A stretch of DNA of 64,000 nucleotides from Oscillospiraceae bacterium (GTDB lineage Bacteria; Bacillota; Clostridia; Oscillospirales; Ruminococcaceae), in the NCBI GenBank assembly GCA_029007985.1, contig JAQXIW010000026.1, forward strand, positions 560 through 64,559. Reading direction: 5' to 3'. Position numbers and translations under genes: made by a program. A model generated the notes under the pieces. The model was given only the letters and a program-made list of their open reading frames with translations, did no database searches and was not told where the DNA came from. Shown here piece after piece: positions 8,545 through 17,405 of the stretch (position 1 is the first letter of the stretch; each line of letters starts with the position of its first letter).

Positions 8545-8768
8545 GCGGTAATCGGGTAAAATTCACAGGCATATCTTAATGACCGAGTTTGTGATTTCTC
8601 ACCGACAGCGAATCACGGTACAAAATCACAATAAAACAAAACTAAAACGGCAAGAGCGAAACCGTCTTGCACCGAATTTCCGGTGCGGCGCAAAATTTCG
8701 CACTGCCGTTTTTATTGTTCATATTTTATTCAGCCTATATTTTTTGTGCGATCGCCAATTAAACAAAT

Positions 8769-9926
8769 TCAGGCTTTTTCTCTTTGGGTTGCCCACAGAC
8801 CTATGGCGGCGACCAGACCGAATACCGACATCACCAGCATTGCACCCCGGGTTTTCATCTGTGGGATAAGCAGTGCCATAAGCGGATTGATAATCAAGGT
8901 GTTCACCAACGAGTAGGCAATACCGACCGCCGATACAACAAGAGCAATGTGGCCTTTCGGCGCGTTGGTTTTTATGTACTCCATTTTTGAGCCTACAATC
9001 AGCGGAAATGATATAGCCTGTGTCACACATGTGGCGACCACCAGAGACGGCGTCGGCGCCAGCGCCCGGGCGGCAGTCTTAATAAAAATGCCCACCATAC
9101 CGATACACATTATTTTCAGTGTGCCGTGCCTGCTTATGAGCTTTGCCACTGCAAACATTACAAAAAATTCAATCAGCGCTTTCAGAAAGTCGTGCAGACC
9201 GGTGTACGCAGTCGTGCCGCCTTTTTCCAATATCGTTACGCCGATATAAATATCGGTCATATCAATCAGCGACGCGCCTATCCGATAAAATACTATAAAC
9301 CGTAAAATTTTTCTGTCGGTGAGGATTTCCTTTATGCCTTCAAAAAACGAGGTCTTTTCTTCCGCGCTCTCGGCTTTTGGGTCAGGCAGAGAGGCGGCAA
9401 ACAGCAAAAAGCCGAATAGGAAAATCACTATGGCGACCGGGGCGGCAATCAGGCCGAATTTTGACAAAGCCGTGCCGAAAATCAGCCCGATGAAAGCAAA
9501 TGAAAGCGAGCCGCAGGCTCTGACTTTGCCGTATTCGATTTCCGGGTAGACGGCGGACAGCTTTAATGTCCAGGAATCTATTGTTTCAACTATTACACAG
9601 GACACCGCCGACACCGCCACAGCGTAGACCACGGCGTGAAAAACGGTCTTTTGCCGAGAGCCGAAAAAGAACGCCGTGCCGAAAAGCAGTACAGCCCCGA
9701 GAGAAAACACGATGGCTCGGCAATGGCCCTTGTCGTTAAAAGCGGCGAAAAAAGGCTTGGCAACTATGAGAGCCGCGCCGTATAAGGTCATCATTCTGGC
9801 GACAAAGTCCGCCTCAAAACCGGACAGCACCATATAGGACGAAAACATAATAAACGCAGGGTAAAACACCCGGTAATATAGCGCAAACATTGCGCTGCAA
9901 CGCGCGCTCAGCGACATTTTATTCAT
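8769..9926 (-). CDS. Multi-pass membrane transporter, MFS-like
   Basis: 385-aa hydrophobic protein with many predicted TM segments. Start set at the ATG preceded by AAGGGGAGA. Confidence 0.65.
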   Translation of the reverse strand: MNKMSLSARCSAMFALYYRVFYPAFIMFSSYMVLSGFEADFVARMMTLYGAALIVAKPFFAAFNDKGHCRAIVFSLGAVLLFGTAFFFGSRQKTVFHAVVYAVAVSAVSCVIVETIDSWTLKLSAVYPEIEYGKVRACGSLSFAFIGLIFGTALSKFGLIAAPVAIVIFLFGFLLFAASLPDPKAESAEEKTSFFEGIKEILTDRKILRFIVFYRIGASLIDMTDIYIGVTILEKGGTTAYTGLHDFLKALIEFFVMFAVAKLISRHGTLKIMCIGMVGIFIKTAARALAPTPSLVVATCVTQAISFPLIVGSKMEYIKTNAPKGHIALVVSAVGIAYSLVNTLIINPLMALLIPQMKTRGAMLVMSVFGLVAAIGLWATQREKA

Positions 9927-10063
9927 AATTTCTCCCCTTAAAAAGCGGAAAACCGCATATTCTGTTTGACTATAACACTTAAACACTGCCTTGTCAACAA
10001 AATGCTTATGTGTTACAATAAAATACATATTATATATGAATTGTCCTTCTGAAAGGGGAAAAA

Positions 10064-10384
10064 ATGAAAATAGCTTTTATTGTTTGGACGGTTGTATCTC
10101 TGATTTATGTGGGTATAGCAATATACACCGCAAAACAAAAAACTGCGGCGGGCTTTTTTTCAAATAGCCCGGCGCCGACCGATATAAAAGATGTGGCGGC
10201 TTACAATAAAGCCGTGGCAAGAATTTGGCTGTTTTTTGCCGCGGGTATGGAGATAGTAGGTTTGCCGCTTTTATTTGCAGAGCAAAATGACCCGAAAGTA
10301 TTCATATCGATAATCGGCACTATTGCGCTGATAAACGCAATAGTTGTAATGTATATGAAAACATATAAAAAATATAGGAAATGA
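10064..10384 (+). CDS. Small membrane protein, function unknown
   Basis: 106 aa, three hydrophobic segments, RBS GAAAGGGGA. Confidence 0.55.
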   Translation: MKIAFIVWTVVSLIYVGIAIYTAKQKTAAGFFSNSPAPTDIKDVAAYNKAVARIWLFFAAGMEIVGLPLLFAEQNDPKVFISIIGTIALINAIVVMYMKTYKKYRK

Positions 10385-10596
10385 AAGAGGACAGCCGACG
10401 ATAAAGAATAAAATAGACTGTCTGCGCAGCAGACCGGGGGGTTGATTAGCACCGACCGAACCGACAGGAAGTTTTAACAAATAAACGGGTTAAATTTGGC
10501 CCCTTTTGGATAAAGTGGGCTGTCACAATGGAATCGTGACTGGGGGATTGAAAAACCGAGTAAAATAACTTCATTCTTTTGTTAATAATATTATTA

Positions 10597-10746
10597 GCAA
10601 GGCTCACCTTGTGAGGGGAGCTGTCGCTGAAAGCGACTGAGGGGTAGTCTAAAAATATTGTTAGGATAACATCACTATTTTCCGTTCTCTCTCTCCGTCA
10701 CGGCGTTCGCCGTGCCACCTCTCTCGTCAGAGAGAGGCTCACTTGC
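10597..10746. repeat. Composite palindromic unit 2 (Y arm 10597-10649, X arm 10685-10746)
   Basis: GCAAGGCTCACCTTGTGAGGGGAGCTGTCGCTGAAAGCGACTGAGGGGTAGTC ... TTCTCTCTCTCCGTCACGGCGTTCGCCGTGCCACCTCTCTCGTCAGAGAGAGGCTCACTTGC. Confidence 0.8.
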
Positions 10747-10812
10747 TCATTTGTTGAAATTCAAAAATCACCGACCGAGCCGGCAGGCGACTTTAATTGA
10801 AATAATTATTTA

Positions 10813-11019
10813 GCAAGGCTCACATTGTCAGGGGGTGCGGGTGTCCGGTGGACACCTTTGCGAAGCAAAAGCACCGACCGAGCCGACAGGCGAGACCCGG
10901 CGCTGAAAGCGACTGAGGGGTAGTCATTGTAATTAAACATTGTAATTATGATGTGTTTTTCTCTCCCTCCGTCAAAAATCAGAGATTTTTGCCACCTCCC
11001 TCATCAGATGGAGGCTTGC
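10813..11019. repeat. Composite palindromic unit 3, long form (Y arm carries a 65-bp insert at 10836-10900)
   Basis: Same termini as units 1 and 2. The insert TGCGGGTGTCCGGTGGACACC...CCGACCGAGCCGACAGGCGAGACCCGG is shared with unit 5. Confidence 0.8.
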
Positions 11020-11322
11020 CAAAATTCCTATTTAATAAAGAATGAAATTTGCTCTATCGGCGTTTTTCTATCCCCACCGTCACGGCAATTTTTCCGGCAT
11101 ACAAAAGACGAAAATATACAGCTCTTTATATAAGCGGTACGATGTCGGGCCGGTCCCTACAATGATAGACATAATATTTACGAAACCAATAAATAATTAC
11201 AAATTAAATTTAGTTCTCTCTGCGTCATGGCTTCGCCGTGCCGACTTTCTTATCACAGAGAAACTTTTACAAATTTCTTATCAGCAAAACGACTCCAATT
11301 AAATATCCAAAATTACATTATC

Positions 11323-11359
11323 AAAAAAATTCCCGTAGACAGTTTCGACTGTCTCCGGG
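11323..11359 (-). terminator. Rho-independent terminator of the thiamine operon
   Basis: On the minus strand: CCCGGAGACAG-TCGAAA-CTGTCTACGGG followed by AATTTTTTT. Confidence 0.7.
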
Positions 11360-11413
11360 ATAGTATTTAATATTCTGTTAGTATGCAGCACTATCTAATT
11401 ATTCAGTATTGCA

Positions 11414-12073
11414 TTATTTCCCCATATTCCAAGCCATTTCCCAGAATTTGAGCTCGTACAGCGAGCAGGTGCGGAAAATTTTGACAAGCCTTTCAAGCTG
11501 TTCTTCGGTACATTTTTCGCCGAGCCTGTCCATCTCGTCAATCAATTCCTTGTTGTCTGCGGAATATCTGTCCGAGATGTAGCCCTTTACCCAGTCGCCG
11601 TAAAAACCGTCGTCCGCCGAGTGCGGATTGTTTTTTACCATATTTTTTGCGATAACTTCGTATGAGAGCGCACAGGACAAAATCGCAGCCATCACTTCCG
11701 CCTCACCCCATTCGTATGCTATACGCAGCATATATGAAGTGTATGAAAGATTGTCGAGAGCCGCCGGAGTGCTGTACAGCTCCTCTTTTGTCACATTGAA
11801 TTTGCCCAAGTAACCCTCGTGCACATCCATTTCGCCGTTGAGCATATTCACATACTTAGAAAAAAGAGCCGCCGTTCTCGGATTCGTCGCTTTTGCCGTA
11901 CCCACCGCAAAAGTCCTGGCGTAGTCCTGCAAGTAGATATAGTCCTGGACGATGTAAAAGCGGAATTTTTCACGGTCGAGGTCGCCGTTTTGAATACCCA
12001 GCACAAAAGGGTGGGCATTGTACATTTCCCAGATGTCCTTTGAGCCGTCAAGAAGTCTTTTTGTCGTCTTCAT
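11414..12073 (-). CDS. tenA: Thiaminase II / aminopyrimidine aminohydrolase
   Basis: TenA/PqqC-like pattern (HPFVLGIQNGDL..EKFRFYIVQDYIYL). Its start overlaps the thiD stop (TAATG). Confidence 0.85.
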   Translation of the reverse strand: MKTTKRLLDGSKDIWEMYNAHPFVLGIQNGDLDREKFRFYIVQDYIYLQDYARTFAVGTAKATNPRTAALFSKYVNMLNGEMDVHEGYLGKFNVTKEELYSTPAALDNLSYTSYMLRIAYEWGEAEVMAAILSCALSYEVIAKNMVKNNPHSADDGFYGDWVKGYISDRYSADNKELIDEMDRLGEKCTEEQLERLVKIFRTCSLYELKFWEMAWNMGK

Positions 12074-12885
12074 TATTTTGCCTCCTTTGAAAATTCGCCG
12101 CTTAAATCAAAGGCGTGATTCATAGGACCCGAGCCCTTGCCCAAATCCAGCATCCGTGAAAGCGCACCGGAAATATAGTCTTTTGCTCTTTTTACGGATT
12201 CTTTCAGTGTGTAGCCCTTTGCCAGATTAGAAGCGATGGCAGAAGACAGAGTACAGCCTGTGCCGTGGGTGTTAGGGTTGTCGATACGCTTGCCCGTAAA
12301 CCAAGTGAACTCGCCGTCGGCGTACAGCAAATCGTTGGCGTCGTTTACGCTGTGGCCGCCTTTGAGCAGTACGGCGCAGCCGCTTTCGTCGCCGATTTTC
12401 TTTGCGGCGGCTGTCATATCCTCCCGGGTGTTGATTTTCATACCGGACAGCACCTCCGCCTCCACCACATTCGGCGTGACGACTGAGGCAATCGGAAACA
12501 GCTCTATGACCAGCGTGTCGACGGCGTCGGTCTTCATCAGCCGAGAGCCCGAGGTCGCCACCATAACAGGGTCTACAACGATGTTTTCGGCCTTGTAAAA
12601 TTTCAGCTTTTCGGCAATTACCCTTATCAATTCGCTTGAAGAAACCATACCGATTTTGACGGCGTCCGGGCGGATATCGCCAAATATCATATCAATCTGC
12701 CGCGCCAAAAATTCCGGCGAGGATTCCGAAATTGCGCTGACCCCGGTGGTGTTCTGAGCCGTCAGGGCAGTGATTGCGCTCATGGCGTATACGCCGTTCA
12801 TCGTCATCGTTTTAAGGTCGGCCTGAATACCTGCGCCGCCGGAACAGTCGCTGCCGGCTATCGTCAATGCTGTTTTCATCTTCAT
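12073..12885 (-). CDS. thiD: Hydroxymethylpyrimidine/phosphomethylpyrimidine kinase
   Basis: ALTIAGSDCSGGAGIQADLKT, VVDPVMVATSG and GTGCTLSSAIA motifs. Start set at the ATG 7 nt after GGAG. Confidence 0.9.
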   Translation of the reverse strand: MKMKTALTIAGSDCSGGAGIQADLKTMTMNGVYAMSAITALTAQNTTGVSAISESSPEFLARQIDMIFGDIRPDAVKIGMVSSSELIRVIAEKLKFYKAENIVVDPVMVATSGSRLMKTDAVDTLVIELFPIASVVTPNVVEAEVLSGMKINTREDMTAAAKKIGDESGCAVLLKGGHSVNDANDLLYADGEFTWFTGKRIDNPNTHGTGCTLSSAIASNLAKGYTLKESVKRAKDYISGALSRMLDLGKGSGPMNHAFDLSGEFSKEAK

Positions 12886-12953
12886 AACAAAACTCCTTTG
12901 TGAAATAGGTTTTATATATTGCGGCAAAAAACCGTTTTTAATTTAGAGAATAA

Positions 12954-13595
12954 TTATTCGGCGACAATTTGCTTTGACATTTCCTTTAATGTCTCACATT
13001 CTTTTTCTATGTCGTCTGCGGCAAAAATTGCGCTGACCAAAGCCACACCGTCAATGCCTGTGCCTTTTAATTTAGGCATATTGGCTTTGTTAATGCCGCC
13101 GATGGCCACGACCGGAACTGACACGGCGTTACAAATATCTTTCAATGTCTGTAAAGGCAAAGCGCTTGCATCCTTTTTGGTGGCAGAGCCGAAAACCGCG
13201 CCCACGCCCAAATAGTCGGCGCCGCCCCGGACAGCCCGCAAAGCCTCCCGTACCGAGTGAGCCGACACGCCGATTATCATATCATCGCCGGCTTTTTTGC
13301 GCACATCGGCTATATTCATATCGTCCTGACCCACATGCACGCCGTCGGCTTTGCACTTTATCGCTATGTCGACATTGTCGTTTACGATAAACGGCACGCC
13401 GTATCTTTCACAAAGAGCTTTTATTTTGACAGCCCGCCGCAGAAAATCCTCCTCCGAAGCGGTTTTCTCCCTGAGCTGAACACAGGTCACGCCGCCTTTC
13501 AGCGCGCTTTCAACCTGTTCGTACAGAGTCTGTTTACCCGTCCACGCCCTGTCGGTCACGGCGTAGAGCAGCATATTTTCTTTACTTAATCTCAT
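12954..13595 (-). CDS. thiE: Thiamine-phosphate synthase
   Basis: LYAVTD, VQLREK, GADGVHVGQDD and GVGAVF..TK blocks. Start set at the ATG that overlaps the thiM stop by 14 nt. Confidence 0.9.
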   Translation of the reverse strand: MRLSKENMLLYAVTDRAWTGKQTLYEQVESALKGGVTCVQLREKTASEEDFLRRAVKIKALCERYGVPFIVNDNVDIAIKCKADGVHVGQDDMNIADVRKKAGDDMIIGVSAHSVREALRAVRGGADYLGVGAVFGSATKKDASALPLQTLKDICNAVSVPVVAIGGINKANMPKLKGTGIDGVALVSAIFAADDIEKECETLKEMSKQIVAE

Positions 13596-14385
13596 ATTTT
13601 GCCCCTTTTTCAAGAGTGTCGCCGTCCATATTGAAAACGGCGTCAATCAGATAGTTGCGAAAGCTTGCATTGCCGTCTTTGTCGTTCATTCGCTCAAAGG
13701 CTGTCTCGCCGGCAAGCCCCATTGCGCACACGGCGGCGGCTGTTGATACAAGCACATTGTCCGGGTTGGCCGAAACAAAGGCGCAGATGAGCCGTGACAG
13801 CATACAGCCCGAGCCGGTAATGCGCGACATCATTTCACAGCCGTTGCGTATTAAATATACTCTCTCGCCGTCGGTGACGGTATCTGCCGCCCCGGTCACG
13901 ACGACTACCGATTTTGTCCTTTTCGCAAATGACTTTGCCAATGCGGTGACATCTTCGCCACCGTCAAAATCCGCGTCTACACCTCGGTTTCCGTTTATGC
14001 CCAGAGCCAAGGTTTTTATTTCTGAGGAGTTTCCCTTTATAACTGCCATGTCAAAGCCGTCAATCAAGAGTTTTGCGGTGTTTTTTCTCATTGAAGAAGC
14101 CCCGACTCCCACCGGGTCGAGCACCGTCGGTATGTTTTTTCGGCTTGCCGCCCGGGCAGACAGAAGCATCGCCTCTGTCTTTTGCGCCGTCGGCATACCC
14201 ATATTGAGATTCAGCCCGTCGCACAGCGAGGTGATTTGCGCCGACTCATCCGGGCTTTCCGCCATAATCGGCGAGGCGCCGCATGCCAAAACAATGTTGG
14301 CGCAGTCGTTTATCGTGACATAGTTTGTAATGCTGTGAATCAGGGGCTTTTTTTCTCTGACATTGTCAAATATTTCTTTGAACAT
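13582..14385 (-). CDS. thiM: Hydroxyethylthiazole kinase
   Basis: PLIHSITNYVTINDCANIVLACGASPIMA and VLDPVGVGAS blocks typical of ThiM. Confidence 0.9.
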   Translation of the reverse strand: MFKEIFDNVREKKPLIHSITNYVTINDCANIVLACGASPIMAESPDESAQITSLCDGLNLNMGMPTAQKTEAMLLSARAASRKNIPTVLDPVGVGASSMRKNTAKLLIDGFDMAVIKGNSSEIKTLALGINGNRGVDADFDGGEDVTALAKSFAKRTKSVVVVTGAADTVTDGERVYLIRNGCEMMSRITGSGCMLSRLICAFVSANPDNVLVSTAAAVCAMGLAGETAFERMNDKDGNASFRNYLIDAVFNMDGDTLEKGAKYEIK

Positions 14386-14393
14386 ATTATTCC

Positions 14394-14912
14394 TTATTTA
14401 TTAACAGAAGCTTGCATATCCGCAAGAGCGCCGGTTTTTTCCAGGGCAAAAATTATCATTCCCGAAACCGCCGCACCCACAAAGGTGGATACAAAAAAAG
14501 GGAAGACATAGGCATAAAACGCCAGGCCTGCCCCGGCTTTGCCCATAAACATTATGGCGATAGGGTAGGCGCAGAGGCCGCCGAGCACGGCGGTACCGAA
14601 AACCTCGCCGATTACCGCGCCGATGACGCTGCGGGTTTTCTTATAGATAACGCCGCACAAAAACGCGCCGAACATACTGCCCGGGAAAGCCAAAAGACTG
14701 CCCAAGCCCAAAATATTGCGTATGAGAGAAGCCGCAAAAGCCGCCCCGACCGCATAAGCAGGGCCTAAAAGCACGCCGCACAGGACATTGACCATGTGCT
14801 GAACAGGCGAACACTTTGAGCCGAAAACCGGGAAAGAAAACAGGCTGCCGACAACGGCAACGGCGCAGAAAAGAGCCGCGACCGCAAGCTTTTTTGTTTT
14901 TGAGTTTTTCAT
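14394..14912 (-). CDS. thiW: ECF-type S component ThiW (putative thiazole precursor transporter)
   Basis: 172-aa multi-TM protein with CSPVQHMVNVLCGVLLGP resembling ThiW. First gene after the TPP riboswitch. RBS AAAGGAGAA. Confidence 0.8.
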   Translation of the reverse strand: MKNSKTKKLAVAALFCAVAVVGSLFSFPVFGSKCSPVQHMVNVLCGVLLGPAYAVGAAFAASLIRNILGLGSLLAFPGSMFGAFLCGVIYKKTRSVIGAVIGEVFGTAVLGGLCAYPIAIMFMGKAGAGLAFYAYVFPFFVSTFVGAAVSGMIIFALEKTGALADMQASVNK

Positions 14913-15120
14913 AATTCATTCTCCTTTGAAATATCGGAAATGTCTGTATACAGCGACATTTCCACTAAAACTATACGCCGTCAAAAAGACAGGCGCCGGT
15001 GAAAATCGGTCGACACTTACGGTGTCCTCTCACGCCGCAACACGGCTTCCCATCGCTGAATACAAAATCCGAGGCGCTCCCCTCCGATTCGCCACAAGAG
15101 TGGAAGAGTTTGCCTTTTTC

Positions 15121-15152
15121 AAAAGAAAAAGACCGCCTGTGCGGCAGCCTTT
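15121..15152 (-). terminator. Expression-platform terminator of the TPP riboswitch
   Basis: Minus strand AAAGGCTGCC-GCACA-GGCGGTCTTTTTCTTTT (7-bp stem including 2 G-U pairs, followed by a U tract). Confidence 0.55.
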
Positions 15153-15167
15153 GTAAAACCGTAATGT

Positions 15168-15255
15168 AACTTCCTACGGCGGCATTATCCGCATCAGGTA
15201 AAGGGTCGAAGTTGGATTACTTCCTCTCAGCCCGCCAAAACGAGCTCCCCTGTTT
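15168..15255 (-). promoter_or_regulatory. TPP (THI-box) riboswitch
   Basis: Minus strand reads GGGGAGC...GGCTGAGAGG...ACCCTTTACCTGATGCGGATAATGCCGCCGTAGGAAG. This carries the CUGAGA and ACCUGAU..GGAUAAUGCC..CGUAGGGAA consensus blocks. Confidence 0.9.
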
Positions 15256-15300
15256 TATGTATTTAATATACACCCTAATGCGATAAAATACAAGTCGTAA

Positions 15301-16152
15301 TTATTTTTCTTTTTCAAAATATGCCAGACCGAAAGCCCCCGGGCCCACATGAGTGCCGATTACACAGCCGATTGTTATCACCGGTATGCTGTCGACATCG
15401 GCATAAATGTGACGGGAATTTTCGATGTAATTATCGAGAGTCTCCCTTGACGAGCCGGAATACCCAAGATATATCGGCATGGTTTCGTCAATGCCGTTGC
15501 CGTCCTCGATGTATTTTATCAGCAGGTTGTCCGCCGCCTTTGCGCCTCTGGCTTTACCGACCACCGCGATAACGCCCTCGTCTACGGTCAAAACAGGCTT
15601 AATGCCCAAAAGACCGCCTGCAAAAGCCGCCGCAGATGAAATTCTGCCGCCCTTTTTGAGATATTTCAGGGTGTCCACCACCGCCAGAAGCCTTATTCTT
15701 TTTTTCGCTTTTTCCAGCTTTTTGACGACCGCCTTTACGTCAGACTCATTCTTTGCCAATTTCGCCCGGTATTCGCCCAAAACCGATTGTCCTACGCAGG
15801 CGTTTTCGCTGTCTACCACATAGACATTTTCAAAATCCCGCCGAGCCAAAACAGCGGAATTGTAACAGCCGGAAAGCTTTGACGACAGGCTGACGACGAT
15901 TACGCTGTCGCCGTTTGCGGTCATCTCTCGGAAAACATCCTCGTATTCCGCCGGGGAGACCATAGAGGTAACAGGTATGTCCTCGCTGTTTTCCAGCTTT
16001 TTGTAAAATTCGGCGTGAGTCATCGACACATTGTCCAGATAGCTTTCGCCGCCCGGAAAAGTAAATTTCATAGGTATAACCGTTATACCCAACCGTTCTG
16101 CTCTTTCTTTCGGAATGTCACAGGAGGATTCCATAACTATTTTTATTGCCAT
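15301..16152 (-). CDS. DegV family fatty-acid-binding protein
   Basis: 283 aa. MAIKIVMESSCDIP..ERAERLGITVIPM and overall DegV pattern. Confidence 0.9.
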   Translation of the reverse strand: MAIKIVMESSCDIPKERAERLGITVIPMKFTFPGGESYLDNVSMTHAEFYKKLENSEDIPVTSMVSPAEYEDVFREMTANGDSVIVVSLSSKLSGCYNSAVLARRDFENVYVVDSENACVGQSVLGEYRAKLAKNESDVKAVVKKLEKAKKRIRLLAVVDTLKYLKKGGRISSAAAFAGGLLGIKPVLTVDEGVIAVVGKARGAKAADNLLIKYIEDGNGIDETMPIYLGYSGSSRETLDNYIENSRHIYADVDSIPVITIGCVIGTHVGPGAFGLAYFEKEK

Positions 16153-16309
16153 AATTTTTCCTTTTTTAACATTTAATTAACATTTGTTGATTATTTCAAC
16201 AGAAAGTAGTATAATTAGTTATCACGCATAAATCAAGAGCCAATTTATAAACAAATGTTGATTAAAATACAAAAAAAATATAATTGTATACTAAAATCAC
16301 GGGGATTCT

Positions 16310-16870
16310 ATGGACAGAAGAATAAAAAACACAAAAGAAAAAATCAGGGTGTGCTTTGTGGAGCTGTTGAGGAAAAAGCCGATTGACGAAATAACCGTCA
16401 CCGAACTTTGCGAAAAGCGGGATATAAACAGGGCGACCTTTTACAAATACTATGAGAATCAGTACGATTTGCTGGACAAATTGGAACAGGACTACATTCG
16501 GGAAATCCTTGACGATATTGAAAAATCCGGCTCGGAAGAATTCCCTATGCTCATACGCCCGATTATCGAAAAGGTCAAAAGTACACAGGACTATTTTTCC
16601 ATTCTCATTTCGGAAAACGGCGACAGGCGATTCAGAGATAAAGTCTTTTCGCTCTGTTACAAAGAGAATATGAAAATTATTGACGGATATTTCAAAAACT
16701 GCGACGAAACCCAAAAAAAGTGGCTTTTCTATTTTATGGGCGAGGGCTTGAACGGTATTTTCCGCAGATGGCTGGCAGACGGTATGAAAGAATCCGCCGA
16801 CGATATAGTAAGATTTGCCAAAGCCGTGGTGGATTCTGTCAACGAGGGCTTTGAAAAACACAACGGATAA
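16310..16870 (+). CDS. TetR/AcrR family transcriptional regulator
   Basis: N-terminal HTH: IDEITVTELCEKRDINRATFYKYY. Confidence 0.85.
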   Translation: MDRRIKNTKEKIRVCFVELLRKKPIDEITVTELCEKRDINRATFYKYYENQYDLLDKLEQDYIREILDDIEKSGSEEFPMLIRPIIEKVKSTQDYFSILISENGDRRFRDKVFSLCYKENMKIIDGYFKNCDETQKKWLFYFMGEGLNGIFRRWLADGMKESADDIVRFAKAVVDSVNEGFEKHNG

Positions 16871-16880
16871 AGGAGTAAAT

Positions 16881-17126
16881 ATGTTTCCGCTTACATTGGG
16901 CGAAATCGCCACACGGGTGATAAAGGAACTCAACAGGGGCTTTGCCGGGGTATTCAATTTGGGCTCTGTAATCTGCATTTGCATATTCGTAAAAGAGTTT
17001 GCGTCGGCTTTTGTCGGCGGCGGCGAAAGCGATTTCGACCCGTCTTTTTTGAGAAAAGTTTTGATTGTAATGCTCGGCTGCGACCTGGTCAGAATGAGTT
17101 TTGTGATTGTCACAAGTTTGATATGA
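16881..17126 (+). CDS. Small hydrophobic protein downstream of the TetR gene
   Basis: 81-aa ORF starting 10 nt after the TetR stop, with RBS AAAGGAG. Two hydrophobic segments. Confidence 0.5.
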   Translation: MFPLTLGEIATRVIKELNRGFAGVFNLGSVICICIFVKEFASAFVGGGESDFDPSFLRKVLIVMLGCDLVRMSFVIVTSLI

Positions 17127-17294
17127 TGAAAATATAAATAAAAATTATAAAGATATAAAACGCATGGAATTTTATGTTGCCGCATAAAAAAGCCACATAA
17201 ATAATCATAAAATGAAAAACAGATAATTATTGTAATATAGATTATAAAATAATAAAGACCAATAGAAAATACATGCAATGCATAAAGTTATCGG

Positions 17295-17320
17295 GGCGCA
17301 AATTTGCGCCTTTATTTTTT
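17295..17320 (+). terminator. Rho-independent terminator
   Basis: GGCGCAAATTTGCGCC palindrome followed by TTTATTTTTT. Confidence 0.65.
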
Positions 17321-17405
17321 AAGTTTCACTTAATGTTCACACTTTCAAATAGCATAAATTTTTTATTATGCTATAATGAAAGTGACAAACTTTTAGGAGT
17401 ATAAA

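Larger units (their letters stand above)
10405..11265. repeat. Repeat cluster B: G-variant arms, W modules, two composite Y-X units, and solo or degenerate X arms
   Basis: Modules at 10411-10445, 10450-10468, 10496-10550, 10597-10746, 10769-10789, 10813-11019, 11065-11098 and 11214-11265. Lies between the convergent gene ends at 10384 and 11414. Confidence 0.85.

Noticed and set aside
14926-15156. 76-aa plus-strand ORF between thiW and the TPP riboswitch.
   Set aside because: It lies antisense within the riboswitch leader and has no RBS. The region is better explained as regulatory RNA.
16262-17278. 338-aa minus-strand ORF overlapping the TetR gene.
   Set aside because: It is antisense to a well-supported TetR gene and small ORF. 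The sequence is AT-rich and low-complexity (poly I/F/Y/K) and matches no domain pattern.
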